A stretch of DNA of 64,000 nucleotides, from positions 1-64,000 of the forward strand of contig NIVC01002468.1 of NCBI GenBank assembly GCA_002269645.1, read 5' to 3'. This document shows, piece by piece, positions 48,713 to 60,068 of the stretch. How positions within the stretch are numbered: position 1 is the stretch's first letter; each line of letters starts with the position of its first letter. The notes beneath the pieces were generated by a model. It worked only from the letters and a program-made list of their open reading frames with translations. It had not been told where the DNA came from and made no database searches. The DNA is from Macrostomum lignano. Lineage: Eukaryota. The translations under genes were made by a program, and so were the position numbers.

Positions 48713-50632
48713 CAAGCCAATTGAGCCTAGGAGCAAGCAGTTTAATCCTTATTGGGAGAATCAAGCTATTGAAGACTTGCTTTTCATTGTCTATGGCCCA
48801 AAAATGGGGTCTATGGAGCAACCAATTTGAGAATTAATCCTTTTCACAGTGCTCGTATATCCTTCACGAATAACTTTACTGAAATAGCGTCTGCAAATAG
48901 ATGGCATATCAAGAAACGATTGACATTAACACTTTGATTTCAGAGAAACCAATCAAACAGGCAAAGGAAAAGTCATGGCATACAGTATAAGCCGAGAACA
49001 ATCGTGTCTCTCAAAACAGTGTTGGACAGATTGAAACCAAACCCGATCAATGTTCAGAGAATTTCTTCCTCGTTTAAGCAGCGCGGGATGAAGCGAAGCA
49101 TCTGCCAAAACCAGCCACCGAATTTGACTACTGTGGTCTCAGCCGTTGCCTCCTCCGCAATCCGATGAAGAACGAGTACGCGCCACTCGAGCAGTGTTGT
49201 CTCTGGCGGTGGATTGTCCAATTCGATTTGCACCTGTGGCTGTGCAAGCTGCCGCTTGATGGCCGCCTTCAAACAGGAATGCGCACACTCGGTCGGGTTC
49301 AGAAATGGAGAAAATGGAGGCAGTACTACAACCTGCCAGTTCAGCTCAAACTGCTGGGGGATCCTCAGTCCGTTATGGAAGCGAGCTCCATCAATGATGA
49401 CTAAGAAGTTGTCGGCATTGTCTACATCATCTCGATTGTTGACAGCATGGAGTAACTCCTCGACAAATGCTTGAAACACGTTTGCAGACAGTGTGTGACC
49501 GACAATCTTGTGGTGTACCAAGCCGAAATTTGTGCCACTGCCTGCAGGACATTGACCTGAACCCCACGCTGCGTGTGCAAAACAGGTCGGACTCGCTGGC
49601 CACGTCTGCTGCGTCCTTGGGACCGGCGAGTCCAAATGTTGAAACCGGTCTCATCAGCATAGATGAGGTGACGTTCAGGTGGAACACCAGTGAGCCAGTG
49701 AGCAAATTCTCGTCGGAGTGCCCGATATTCAGGACTATTCCTGACCACTGGCACATCGGCGTCTCGACCAATGCACTTCAATGTAATCAGCTGCTTGTCC
49801 AAGGTCCGGCTTACAGTAGTAGTACTCACTTCGGGGCCTGGACAGGTGTCAGTCAACTTGCGTCGCAACTCTTTCAACGTCATTAGAGGATTGTTATCCA
49901 GTGATGAAAGAAGTAGTTGGATGTGTTTCTCTTCCAGTTTCGATGCTCGATCTCCACCCCGTCGTGTGCGGTCCCGGCGTCCCGTGGTTTCATAGCGACG
50001 CCTGATAGAATAAACTGTTTTTCTCTTTACGTCCAGCCATCGCGAAATGTGCTCAGCACTATCACCTCTATCGATGGCAGCGACAATCAGGTCGTACTTT
50101 TCGTTGCTTATCTTGCGATAGGGTTCTCGCCCTGCAGGATTCTGCTCATCTACTCCATCTTGGGCTGTAGCAAAACTTTCGTCACTGCTCTGCTCGCTAA
50201 ATTCTTCGTCTGCCATGTCTATGTTTGTCTAATGAAATCTGTTATTTTCTATGGTCTAAGGCTTGCGCAACTGTGGAAAGGATTAATAGCGCGCCCAAAT
50301 TCTCAAATTGGTTGTTCCATGGACCCCCATTCGGGCCATAGACAATGGATAAATAATCAGCGGTCCCAGTGCGTGACAACGATTGTCTGGCGAGCGCCGG
50401 TAGGCGCGAGCCATAGACAAATCGTTGCCACGTGCTGCGACCGCTGATTCTTTGCATTGTTTTTCTATTTGACAATCCTAAAGAAAATGCATTGCTTGTA
50501 GTAATGGATGGTTCTGCATTAAAAATGTGAATAATGATCGTCAAATTGCTAGACAATGAAAAGCAATTGTCTTCAATAGCTTGATCTTCCCACTAAGGAT
50601 TAAATTTCTTGCTCCTAGGCTCAATTGGCTTG
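48713..50632 (-). mobile_element. IS630-Tc1-mariner DNA transposon with imperfect TIRs and a frameshifted transposase
   Basis: Transposase 50216-49054 has an HTH N-terminus, DETG, DGARFH and LPPFSPFLNPTE, with a -1 shift near 49535. 48713-48835 is an imperfect inverted copy of 50298-50350 plus 50549-50632. Confidence 0.85.
49054..50216 (-). pseudogene. Tc1/IS630-like DDE transposase (33 residues between the second D and E), one frameshift
   Basis: ORFs 49422-50216 and 49054-49635 join if one G is added near 49535 (QAV-GTNFGLVHH). Confidence 0.85.
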
Positions 50633-50886
50633 AAAAAAAGCAAGTCTATTTTTTTCAAGCCAATATTTATCAAATATCTCGCTAGAAATGTGATAACACT
50701 GGCGCTGCTTTATGCTTTCATATTGATGAAAGCTATCTGTCCAATCGAATTTCAGTAGCAAACGGATTTTCAGGCTATCTTTGAGCCCAACCTGTAGTTG
50801 GTCGGGGTGAAACGGCGTTAAAACTATTTTATCAGACGTACCAGTTGTCAATGCGATCAGCAATGCACTGGAAAATGAGACATAAA

Positions 50887-52158
50887 ATGCTATTCTCATT
50901 CATACTGCTGGTTTCGCTTTTAGCCTCGACACTAGCTACTGATTTCGATGTCCTGCTAATGCAGCACCTAAACAACAAAATTGCAAACTACAGCCAATGA
51001 TTCTGCCAATATTAAACAAGACAAAGAAAGTCAACGTGTCGTTTGACATCATGGTCAGCCCATTAGTCTCAGTGGACACTGCCAAGCAGAACATCAAAAT
51101 CGCTGCCTACGTTTAAGCCAGCTGGGAGGAGGAGCGACTCGTGTGGAATCCTGCCGACTTTGGTGGCGTCAGTTCTACTAGCTGGGACCCAGCGAAAATT
51201 TGGTACCCAATCATCATGACATACAACGGTAACGGCGATGAACAGATTCTGATTCCTCGGATTCCTACTTACACTGGCTTCTAAAAATTCAAGCGTGACG
51301 ACGGTTGCTTCATCCTGGCGCCGGGAGTTCGAATTTTTTTGTCAATTCAACATGTCCGACTTTCCGTACGACCAGCACACTTGCGAGCTGCTGTTCTTCC
51401 TTGCAACTCAGGCCAATCCTGATGCAGTGCGGCCTGTTCGCAGCGCAATGCCATGCGGGTGACAGGAATCTACAAGCCTAGCAACGAGTGGATATTGAAA
51501 AATGCTACAGCAGATTTGGAAACCAAAAAATATTTTATAATCGAAGGACACAATGAGACCGAACTTTCGACCTTTGTTCTGCGATTGCACTTGTAGCGAG
51601 TGTCAACGTACTATTTCATCAACATCATCACGCCTTTGCTGCTGTTGACTTTGCTCCAGGTGTTGGTGTACTTTGTACCCCTGGAGTCCGGTGAGAAGCT
51701 GGGATTCGGCATCACAATCATGCTCAGCTACACCGTGTTCTTGCTGCTTCTGGACGGAATTCTGCCGAAGTCGCAGAAGATGCCCGCCATTGCCCTGTTC
51801 ATCACGGCCGCCATGGTGCTGTCCACCGTGTCGCTGCTGCTGACATCGCTGGTCATGCTGTTCCACTACAGGCCGGAGGGCAGCCGCATGCCGGAATGCG
51901 CTCGGGCGGCCTTTGTTCGATGCCTGGGCCGACTGCTCTGCGTCAGCGGCGCCACAGGTGGGCCAGCAGAGTCCGGCTGAAGCTGAGGGCGATGGCAACT
52001 GCGTGAGGAAACCGCCTACGGCGGAAGAGAAATCGGTCGATTCAGACTGGGTGGTGGCCACCCGCGCTATCGAGAGATTCTTGTCGCTGTTAGGAGTGGT
52101 TGCTACCGCCGTCATAATTGTAGTCTTTCTGATGGGGCCGTATCTTCAGTTCTCTTAA
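50887..52158 (+). pseudogene. Intronless nAChR-like subunit, copy 3, multiply disrupted
   Basis: Signal peptide MLFSFILLVSLLAS.., frameshift near 50995, TAA 51114-51116, two more shifts in the ECD, TAG 51594-51596 and a shift near 51980. Cys loop CQFNMSDFPYDQHTC and an intact M1-M3 block remain. Confidence 0.92.
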
Positions 52159-54995
52159 TGAAACTTGACTAACTGAGATTTGAATGCTTATGAAAGGCAT
52201 TGGCATTCTATTGACTACCATATTCATTGATACTCTTTGCAATGGTTTTTGTTTTATTTTCTGAATAATCTTCTGAATTGAATTTTCGGAATTTTTTAGC
52301 TCTGAATTTAGGAAACAGGCATTGATCCCCGGGCCTTCTTGGGCAGTGACTAGATAGATCTGTAGTGAAACATGCGTGATCAATTTTTTCATGCATAGGC
52401 TAATGCCAATCGCGGAAGGGCTTGAATAAACGAAAGTAACTAGTCACCGTTGCCATTGGATACGCACTAGTCAAGCGCGAAATGCAGGCAATGGAAATAG
52501 GCTTGGCGTTTTGCTAATGCAATTAACGTTTGGGCAAATATTTGAATAGCGAGCCATGCGGCCCGTTCGTCCAGTTGCCATGGCTGGGCGCTAAATCTGC
52601 TTCAGTTGCAGAGTAAACAGTCTGTATTTCAGCGAGAGCAGAAACCGTGTATAATTAATAAAGTTCTTCCTAGCTAGTTAATTGATGGTAGCTAGGAGAG
52701 GAAAGATTAAGTGCTCTCCCTATAACAAGATTATTATTAATAATAATTACAAAGGGTTGTGGCTTCATCCACTATACTGCTCTTCTGCAATTCTGAGGCA
52801 ATTCTGGCCATTCCGCCGAGTCCTGAGCACACACAAGCGCGCTAATACTGTAAGCAGGCACGCACTCGTGCACACGCTCACACAGGGCCTTTTTGACTTT
52901 CTAATCGTCAGGGGATGTACACCCTCTGCGCCTTGGGGTTTGGCCCGCATGTGGGCGAGAATCGCAGGACAACCCCCTGGGCCAACTTTCGTGCACAGGC
53001 CCGATATGCATGTGGCCGCGTACTGAACCGATCCCGGGGGTCGCGGGGCGAGTCAGACGGCTCTGCCTACATCGAATACCGAAGTCCTCAGAACTTCCGA
53101 ACTTGGCAACAGAAATCGGCCACAATTCAAAATCAAATCAGAATTCAAGCTTCCATTTAAACACGTACTGTTAAAAATTATCCCTTAAAAAGCTTTTTTG
53201 AGGCAGAGAGGCAGGAATTACAGATGCAAATTACATATGTAACATGTAAATATTAGACAGGCAAGTTATAATTACATCAAATTTTTCCTGATCAAACATG
53301 AATAGGTACAAAAAATCAAAAAAATACAAATCGAGCTACAAGTTGCGAAGTTTGAATGCAGGTAGGTAGGCTTGGGTCCATGTGATTTTGCAGCAGTGCA
53401 TTTAGCTCCGTGGCAGATTTTGTCTGAATCGCATTGAGTCCTAGAGAGTCTTACTAAAGAGCTAGGGATTCACCCAATAAAAAATTTCCGGTAGTAACCA
53501 CATATTAAACTCATGCTTTTCTGGTATGAGAGGTCTTCATTTCTATGTACTCTAACGTAGGGGTACAGTTACATCGGTCAGTCATCAATACATGTGTATA
53601 CCATGTCGCTATGTCCCCTATAGCCTCTTTTCTAAGAATCGGTGGCAGTTCTTGTGCTCGTACATGCAGGTCTTACCACCTCATCAACACTGACGTTTCC
53701 TTATTACCTATGTTAATTCCACGTTCGGAGCACGAAAGCAGCCTGACGCAAACACCAACGTGGGGGAGCGAGGCACGCAAGCCCCATAAAACCCTATAGA
53801 CTTGGGACATAATATTTCGACGAAAAGAGTAAAATAAGCTATCAGCAACGATTAAGGAAAAAGCGATCGCCATTATGAATAAGGATAAAAGACACCACAG
53901 AGGATAAAACTTGACTCTGCGCAAACAGACAAGACGAGCCGACACAACGCTAGAAGACCTTAAAACCATATCGGGGGAGGTGGGTGCGCGCATGGCAGAG
54001 GGACGAAGAGGGAGCGGGGCGACGGAAATAAAGAATACATGACGCAAAAAGTGTTCAGAGCAAGGGAGAGACCGGTGCCCGACCAGCTATTGACCACCGT
54101 AAACGTCACCCCCTAAAGGGGCACGCTTACGGGTAATTAAGAGCAAACGTTTGATTACTTTCTATGTGTCTGTCAGTTGAATTACATGAAGTGGAATATG
54201 GTTTTAAAATATAAACTAAAAAATACAGATGGAGCCAGACAGACTTAACATCAGATACCCCAGAAAGATAATACAAGACTGAACAGAATTGATGTAGCTA
54301 ATAGCCACATATTTGTACTGTAGATATGACGATATCCTGGAAATTTCGTCTAAAACCTAAGATTTGAGGCTGTGAACTGAGAATTTAGGATAAATGTTAA
54401 TTACATATCCTACTGACATGTTCCATTCCGAAAAATTATAAAAATAGCACCGCTCAACTCATCCTATTAAAATTTTTGTTACATAGTCAGAAGCTGAGAA
54501 TGGTAAAAAAGAGATTCATAAAACTAATAAGTCGAGCTAGGCCATTTTTATAACTCTTAGGCACAGGAAATGTAAGAAGAACATCAAGTTAACATACATG
54601 TAGAATCTTAATTTTCTAAGCATATTAGGATCTTGTAACATGTATACGAAAGGCAAGATATCAAAAGATGAACCAGGGTCTACTTAAACTAGTTTAAGAA
54701 GTTCCTGAAGATGAACATTAGGTCTGCCTCCGATCAAATGCAATAACAATTTTTGCGCTATGCTATGCTATGCCACTCAGCTGCGGAACATACTACTATA
54801 AGTACAGCGTGTTTTTGGTACTCAAATTTATTCGTCATCGTATCGATTGGATCTCGACTATAAAATATTTGAACCAACCCTGGTGAGTACTAAGCAAAGC
54901 AAGCACAGAAATACTTTTCGTTGATACATTGATAGGAAAGATTCTCGTTTAACCAATAGACCTCAGTCAAAACACTTTCTAGGACTGCAACAAGG

Positions 54996-56251
54996 ATGTT
55001 TTTCAAGTAATCATAATCGCTTCTCTCTTCACGCATTCAGCAGCAACCGATTTCGATGTTCTGCTGATGCAACATCTTAAGCAAACCATAAAAAACTACA
55101 GTCCTTTCATACTGCCGCGAATTAATAAGACCAAAACCATTAAAGTAGCTACGGACATCATGGTCAGCCATCTGGTCTCAGTGGACACCGCCAAGCAGAA
55201 CTTGAGGATATCTGCCTACTTTCAAGCCAGCTGGGAGGAGGAGCGACTCGTGTGGAATCCTGCCGACTTTGTTGGCACTCAGCTCACTCGCTGGGACCCA
55301 GCGCATATCTGGTATCCGACAATCATGATATACAATGGCAACGGCGAGGACCAAGTTCTCGTGCCTCAGATCCCTGTTGCATTGTTATCGTTAAGGCCAA
55401 CGCTGACCATAGTCACAGCATACTGGCGCCGGGAGTTCGAGTTTTATTGCGAGTTTAGCATGGTTGACTTTCCATACGATCATCATGTTTGCGAGCTGTT
55501 CTTTATTTACCATAATCAAGGCTATCTCGATTCAATCATTCATCCTGTTCCGAGCACGGCCCATCTACGTGTGCAGGGAATCTACAATCCGAGCAACGAA
55601 TGGATTCTGACCAATGCCACCACACACTTTGAAAAGAAACTTTACCACGTATTGGATGCACATGAGACTGCATTCCCAGCGTTCGTACTGAGATTGCAAT
55701 TAAAGCGAGTGTCAACGTACTATTTCATCAACATCATCACGCCTTTGCTGCTGTTGACTTTGCTCCAGGTGTTGGTGTACTTTGTACCCCTGGAGTCCGG
55801 TGAGAAGCTGGGATTCGGCATCACAATCATGCTCAGCTACACCGTGTTCTTGCTGCTCCTGGACGGAATCCTGCCGAAGTCGCAGAAGATGCCCGCCATT
55901 GCCCTGTTCATCACGGCCGCCATGGTGCTGTCCACCGTGTCGCTGCTGCTGACATCGCTGACCATGCTGTTTCACTACAGGCCGGAGGGCAGCCGCATGC
56001 CGGAATGCGCTCGGGCGGCCTTTGTTCGATGCCTGGGCCGACTGCTCCGCGTCAGTACTGCAACGTCGCCACGGGTCGGCCAGAAACCGTTGGAGGGTTT
56101 CGGCATAGCCGATAGAAGTGCCTTGGAGGTTGCCGGAGAAGCCAGGGAATTCGATTTAGACTGGGTGGTAGCGGCACGCGCAATCGAAAGGCTCATCTTG
56201 CTGTTCGGAGTGGTTGCTACTGCTGCTATCATCGGCTTGTTTTTACTATAG
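54996..56251 (+). CDS. Intronless nAChR-like subunit, copy 4. The signal peptide is out of frame by 1 nt in a T-run (real allele or assembly error); otherwise intact.
   Basis: ATGTTTTTCAAGTA at 54996 would read MFFQVIIIASLFTHSAATDFDVLLMQH with one more T. The ORF from 55067 is open, with Cys loop CEFSMVDFPYDHHVC and M1-M4. Confidence 0.85.
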
Positions 56252-57957
56252 AATAATGGACATATAATAAAGCATTAGATCAAGGAACTGCCGTACGGTA
56301 AAAAGGTACAAAATCTTTTCACAATTCGTGCCATCGAAATTTCGTATCCTTTCGTGGTATCGCGAACGAGCTTTAAAAGCTCTTCCTTATTAAGACAAAG
56401 TTTGAAGGGATCAGACTTGGACAGTGCCGTAAATTAGGCAGCCAGCGATCGAGGAGGCAAAGCAGTCATATGCCTATTCCACTGACCCATCTGCACTGAC
56501 ACTAATGAAAACGTACGCAGGCACACTCTCGCACATTGTGTAAAATGGCCTCTGGCTTTGTCATCGTGAGACACACTCGCTGAAGCACACTTCGATTACA
56601 CACTCTATGCCCTCATGTACTTTGAGTAAAAAGTCTCGTAAAATAGAAATGTTATTTTATAGTTTGGGACAAAATAAAATGTCTTAAAGACTAGTTGAGC
56701 ACTGTATTTTTTATAGTATATTATTTAAATGCACTAATATGTAGTTGTTTTTGTCCTAAATAAAAAATTAAATACTCAACTGATTGAAGCATATAAGATA
56801 CGCCCAGACCAGTAGAAAATATTTCTATTAAATTAAAGGTTCCCCTCAATCATGATATTCTTTTGGCCCTGCACATGTATTGGGACCAGTCAGTATTTAC
56901 ATACCGTCTATCTAAAAAGTGCCGAAAAGATTTACGATATATTTGAAGCGATTAATTCTTTTCACAATTCAAGTTTTCATTGCAAATATAGCATTGAGCC
57001 TATCTACACAGTGGCAGCATCCTCTAGGTTATAAATGCTGTGTATATCGATATGCATATTGGCAGGTAAATATGCTTTAGGCAAACAATGGAGACTGCTT
57101 TCGATAGAGTGTTGGATCCCTATAATCGATTCAATGGCTCAGGCTGCAATCGATTTGTTTGTTAAAGCCCAGTTGCGTAGCGGTTGAAGTGCTCTCGCTT
57201 CTTCTGGACTTTCCAGCTCAGTAGGCAATTAGCTAGCTCAACAGAGTCGATATCTGGAATGTATGGACGGTATTACAAACCCTCAGTTGACAAAGGCAGC
57301 TGCACTCGTTACAGAAGAAAGAAGTCCACTACAGCCGTAAGAGCTTAAACTATGTAGACTGTGTAGGACTTTTCAGTGAGGTGCTTACAAATCCCTTGAG
57401 ACAGCAAAGCATTTCTGTACTCTTGTGAAAACTCTGCACTAGCTCTCATATTCGCATACAGATATAAATGTAGTCTTAAATATTTTAAGTTATGTATTAA
57501 TTTAAAAAAGTATAAACCGCAGAATTCTTTACCTGCTATAATTATTTTAAATTAAGTTTCCTATCGTTATTTCTATTTAGTAAGTCACAAGATTGGCAAA
57601 GTTAATTTTGGTAGAACATTCAGAGTGGTCGGTTCGTAAATTTAACGGTGGATTTTATGGATGAAAGGCTGGGCCAAAAGATTCAAAGGAAGTTGGTCAT
57701 TCCTTGCGCTAAACGCGTCTTGCACGTTATTCGCAATCTACGGATAAGATGGATCAGCATCGCTGTCACAACGGAACTTAATTTTGGACACACCCTTAAT
57801 TGTCTGCGAGAAATAAAGCAAAGCAAATGGTCTGTGAAGTCGGATGTTTCAATGGTGTCAGTGTATGAAATGCTGTACATCTGGCGTTGTCCCTGTCTTT
57901 AAGAGATCTGAAGACAACATAAAAACTATGCTAAAACACTATGGGACAGCCTAGAGA

Positions 57958-57984
57958 TAGAGAGATATGCCAGAGAGAGAGAGG

Positions 57985-58058
<74 letters not shown>

Positions 58059-58075
58059 GAGAGAGAGAAGAGAGG
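57958..58075. repeat. (GA)n microsatellite
   Basis: Directly visible; a shorter (GA)n lies near 59133-59157. Confidence 0.97.
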
Positions 58076-58689
58076 TCACGGCGTGTTAAATTATTTAATT
58101 GAAAGTAGGCTTCCGGTTTCAAGCCTCTGGGCTCTTCATCAGGCCAAAAACTGTGTGTAATACAATGCAAGTTGGTCTTTTAAGTATTATTTTTCTTAGT
58201 CTGATAAAATTGATGGATAGTTGTACATATGAGGGATGTACATTTAAAACCCTGTTTTGTCTAGCTCTAACTTGTCCCAGAGGCTTTCCACCATTCATTT
58301 CAATCGACAGTATATTTATTATATAAAAACTGTTTTTTTTCGAAGTACTATACGATTAGATGAAATGCCGGTATTGGAGGTAGGAGCATAAAAATCGACA
58401 TTTGTGCGTACAATCAAGTTTGGATAAAATAAATGACAAAGTGAATAAATATTGTACTTCAATAGGGTAAAGTGAGCGCATTGGTTAAAATGATTCAATG
58501 GTTTCCTGGCTGAGACTTTAATTTATTGGGAGCCAGGATCGGCTCTGTAAATTACGTTGCCGTGTAAATGCGGGCATTATGCGGGAGCCTGGTTTATTTT
58601 GTAGTTTATCAAAGTTTTTAGCAATCTCGTTGGCGAGCCAGACCGTAGATGGGTGAACAGGAAGGACCAATGGGATGGGTCGGAGAAGA

Positions 58690-59110
58690 TGATTGTCAAC
58701 CCTGATTTTCGTACCTGGTGGGTGTTTTGTCAGTCCCCAGTTTTTTTAATCCAGATTTCTTCCCTTAGTTCGATTATGTTGTTATTAAGAACCTGTTCAA
58801 TGTCAATGGTGACAAAGTTTGCAATCGAGTGATTGGGGGTGAGAAAGTGCGCTGACCCCGAAGTCACGACTCTCCTGTTAATATTTGACCTGTGTTGGTT
58901 CATTCTATCTCTCATTGTTCTTCTTGTCATCCCTAGATAGAGGATTTTCCCAGGGTGGCACTGGTTGCAGGAGATGCCATAGATGATGCTCTTAGAGCCA
59001 CAGGACAGGCTCTAAGAGATTAAAAAACCGGAAGCCGGTCTCAATCCCTGGGCGGAGAGATCATGCGGTGAGTGGGTGCAGCATTTGCAGCGGGATGACC
59101 AACAGGGATG
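58690..59110 (-). mobile_element. Penelope-like retroelement 3' fragment (GIY-YIG endonuclease remnant)
   Basis: SIIYGISCNQC..LYLGMTRRTMRDRMNQHR..HF..NHS..IEQ..REEIWIK, with an upstream RCKCC-like motif. Confidence 0.75.
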
Positions 59111-60068
59111 GAACCCTTTGGGAAGCAGACCCAGAGAGAGAGAGAGAGAGAGAGAGATCATTGCGATTTGTTTGAAATGAAAATTCTCGCCAACTAGCTT
59201 CTCCGATTAAGGTAGTCGGAATTTGTTTATCACATAATTTTATACTCGCAAAGAATACACAGAGAGAGAGATCATTACGATTCGTTTAAAATTGAACTTC
59301 TTGCTAATTTCGTCGAAAAAGTTGTCGCCGTAATGAATTGCCTTCGAAATGGTCGTCGCCGAGATGGTCTGTTGCCAAATTGGACTGTTACTCTGGCGAG
59401 GACAGACGCGAACTCGGCGCTCTGCAGACTGCCTGCTGGCCGACACCCGCGCCGCAGATTCAGCTTTGAGGCACGGCCTGCGTGAGGGCTGCTCTTGATT
59501 TATAAGACCCAACGGACAGCTTAGTTTGTTTTTGTCAGCTGTGCAACTTCAACTTCAAAACGACATGGCTTTGAAAGGGAGCGAAGAATGCTCGAAGGAT
59601 TCATCCAGTTTATTCATTAAATAGATAGTAGCCATATACATAATATTCACGTAAATTTCATTAGCATCCTTTTGCAACATGCTAGCATACATGGAATACG
59701 AGTACATATCCGAGTATGCTATAAAGGTGCACCGTGCGCGCATTCGTGCTAAAGATAGGTCGCTACTGCAGGCCGCACCCGGGCCAGAATATGCAGCGAT
59801 GAAAAGTTTCTATGCAAATAACGACGTCATACGAGGTCAGGGATCTGCTAATTGGAATATCAGACCAATATAAGCAGCTAACTTTACTATATTTGATCTA
59901 TTGAATTACCTAAATGAAATTCAAATAAGAATCAATCTAGAACTTACACTAGCACGCCAGGGTGATGAGTTGCGAGATCTCTGGTGCTGTATATATATGT
60001 CTGCAGTGGAAAACCGAGCAACTTACAATTAACCGATCAATTCAAAGCAAAGCCCTGTCTCGTGCAAA

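Noticed and set aside
53545-54130. ORFs 53545-53799 and 53673-54047
   Set aside because: No recognisable motifs; likely a non-coding repeat remnant.
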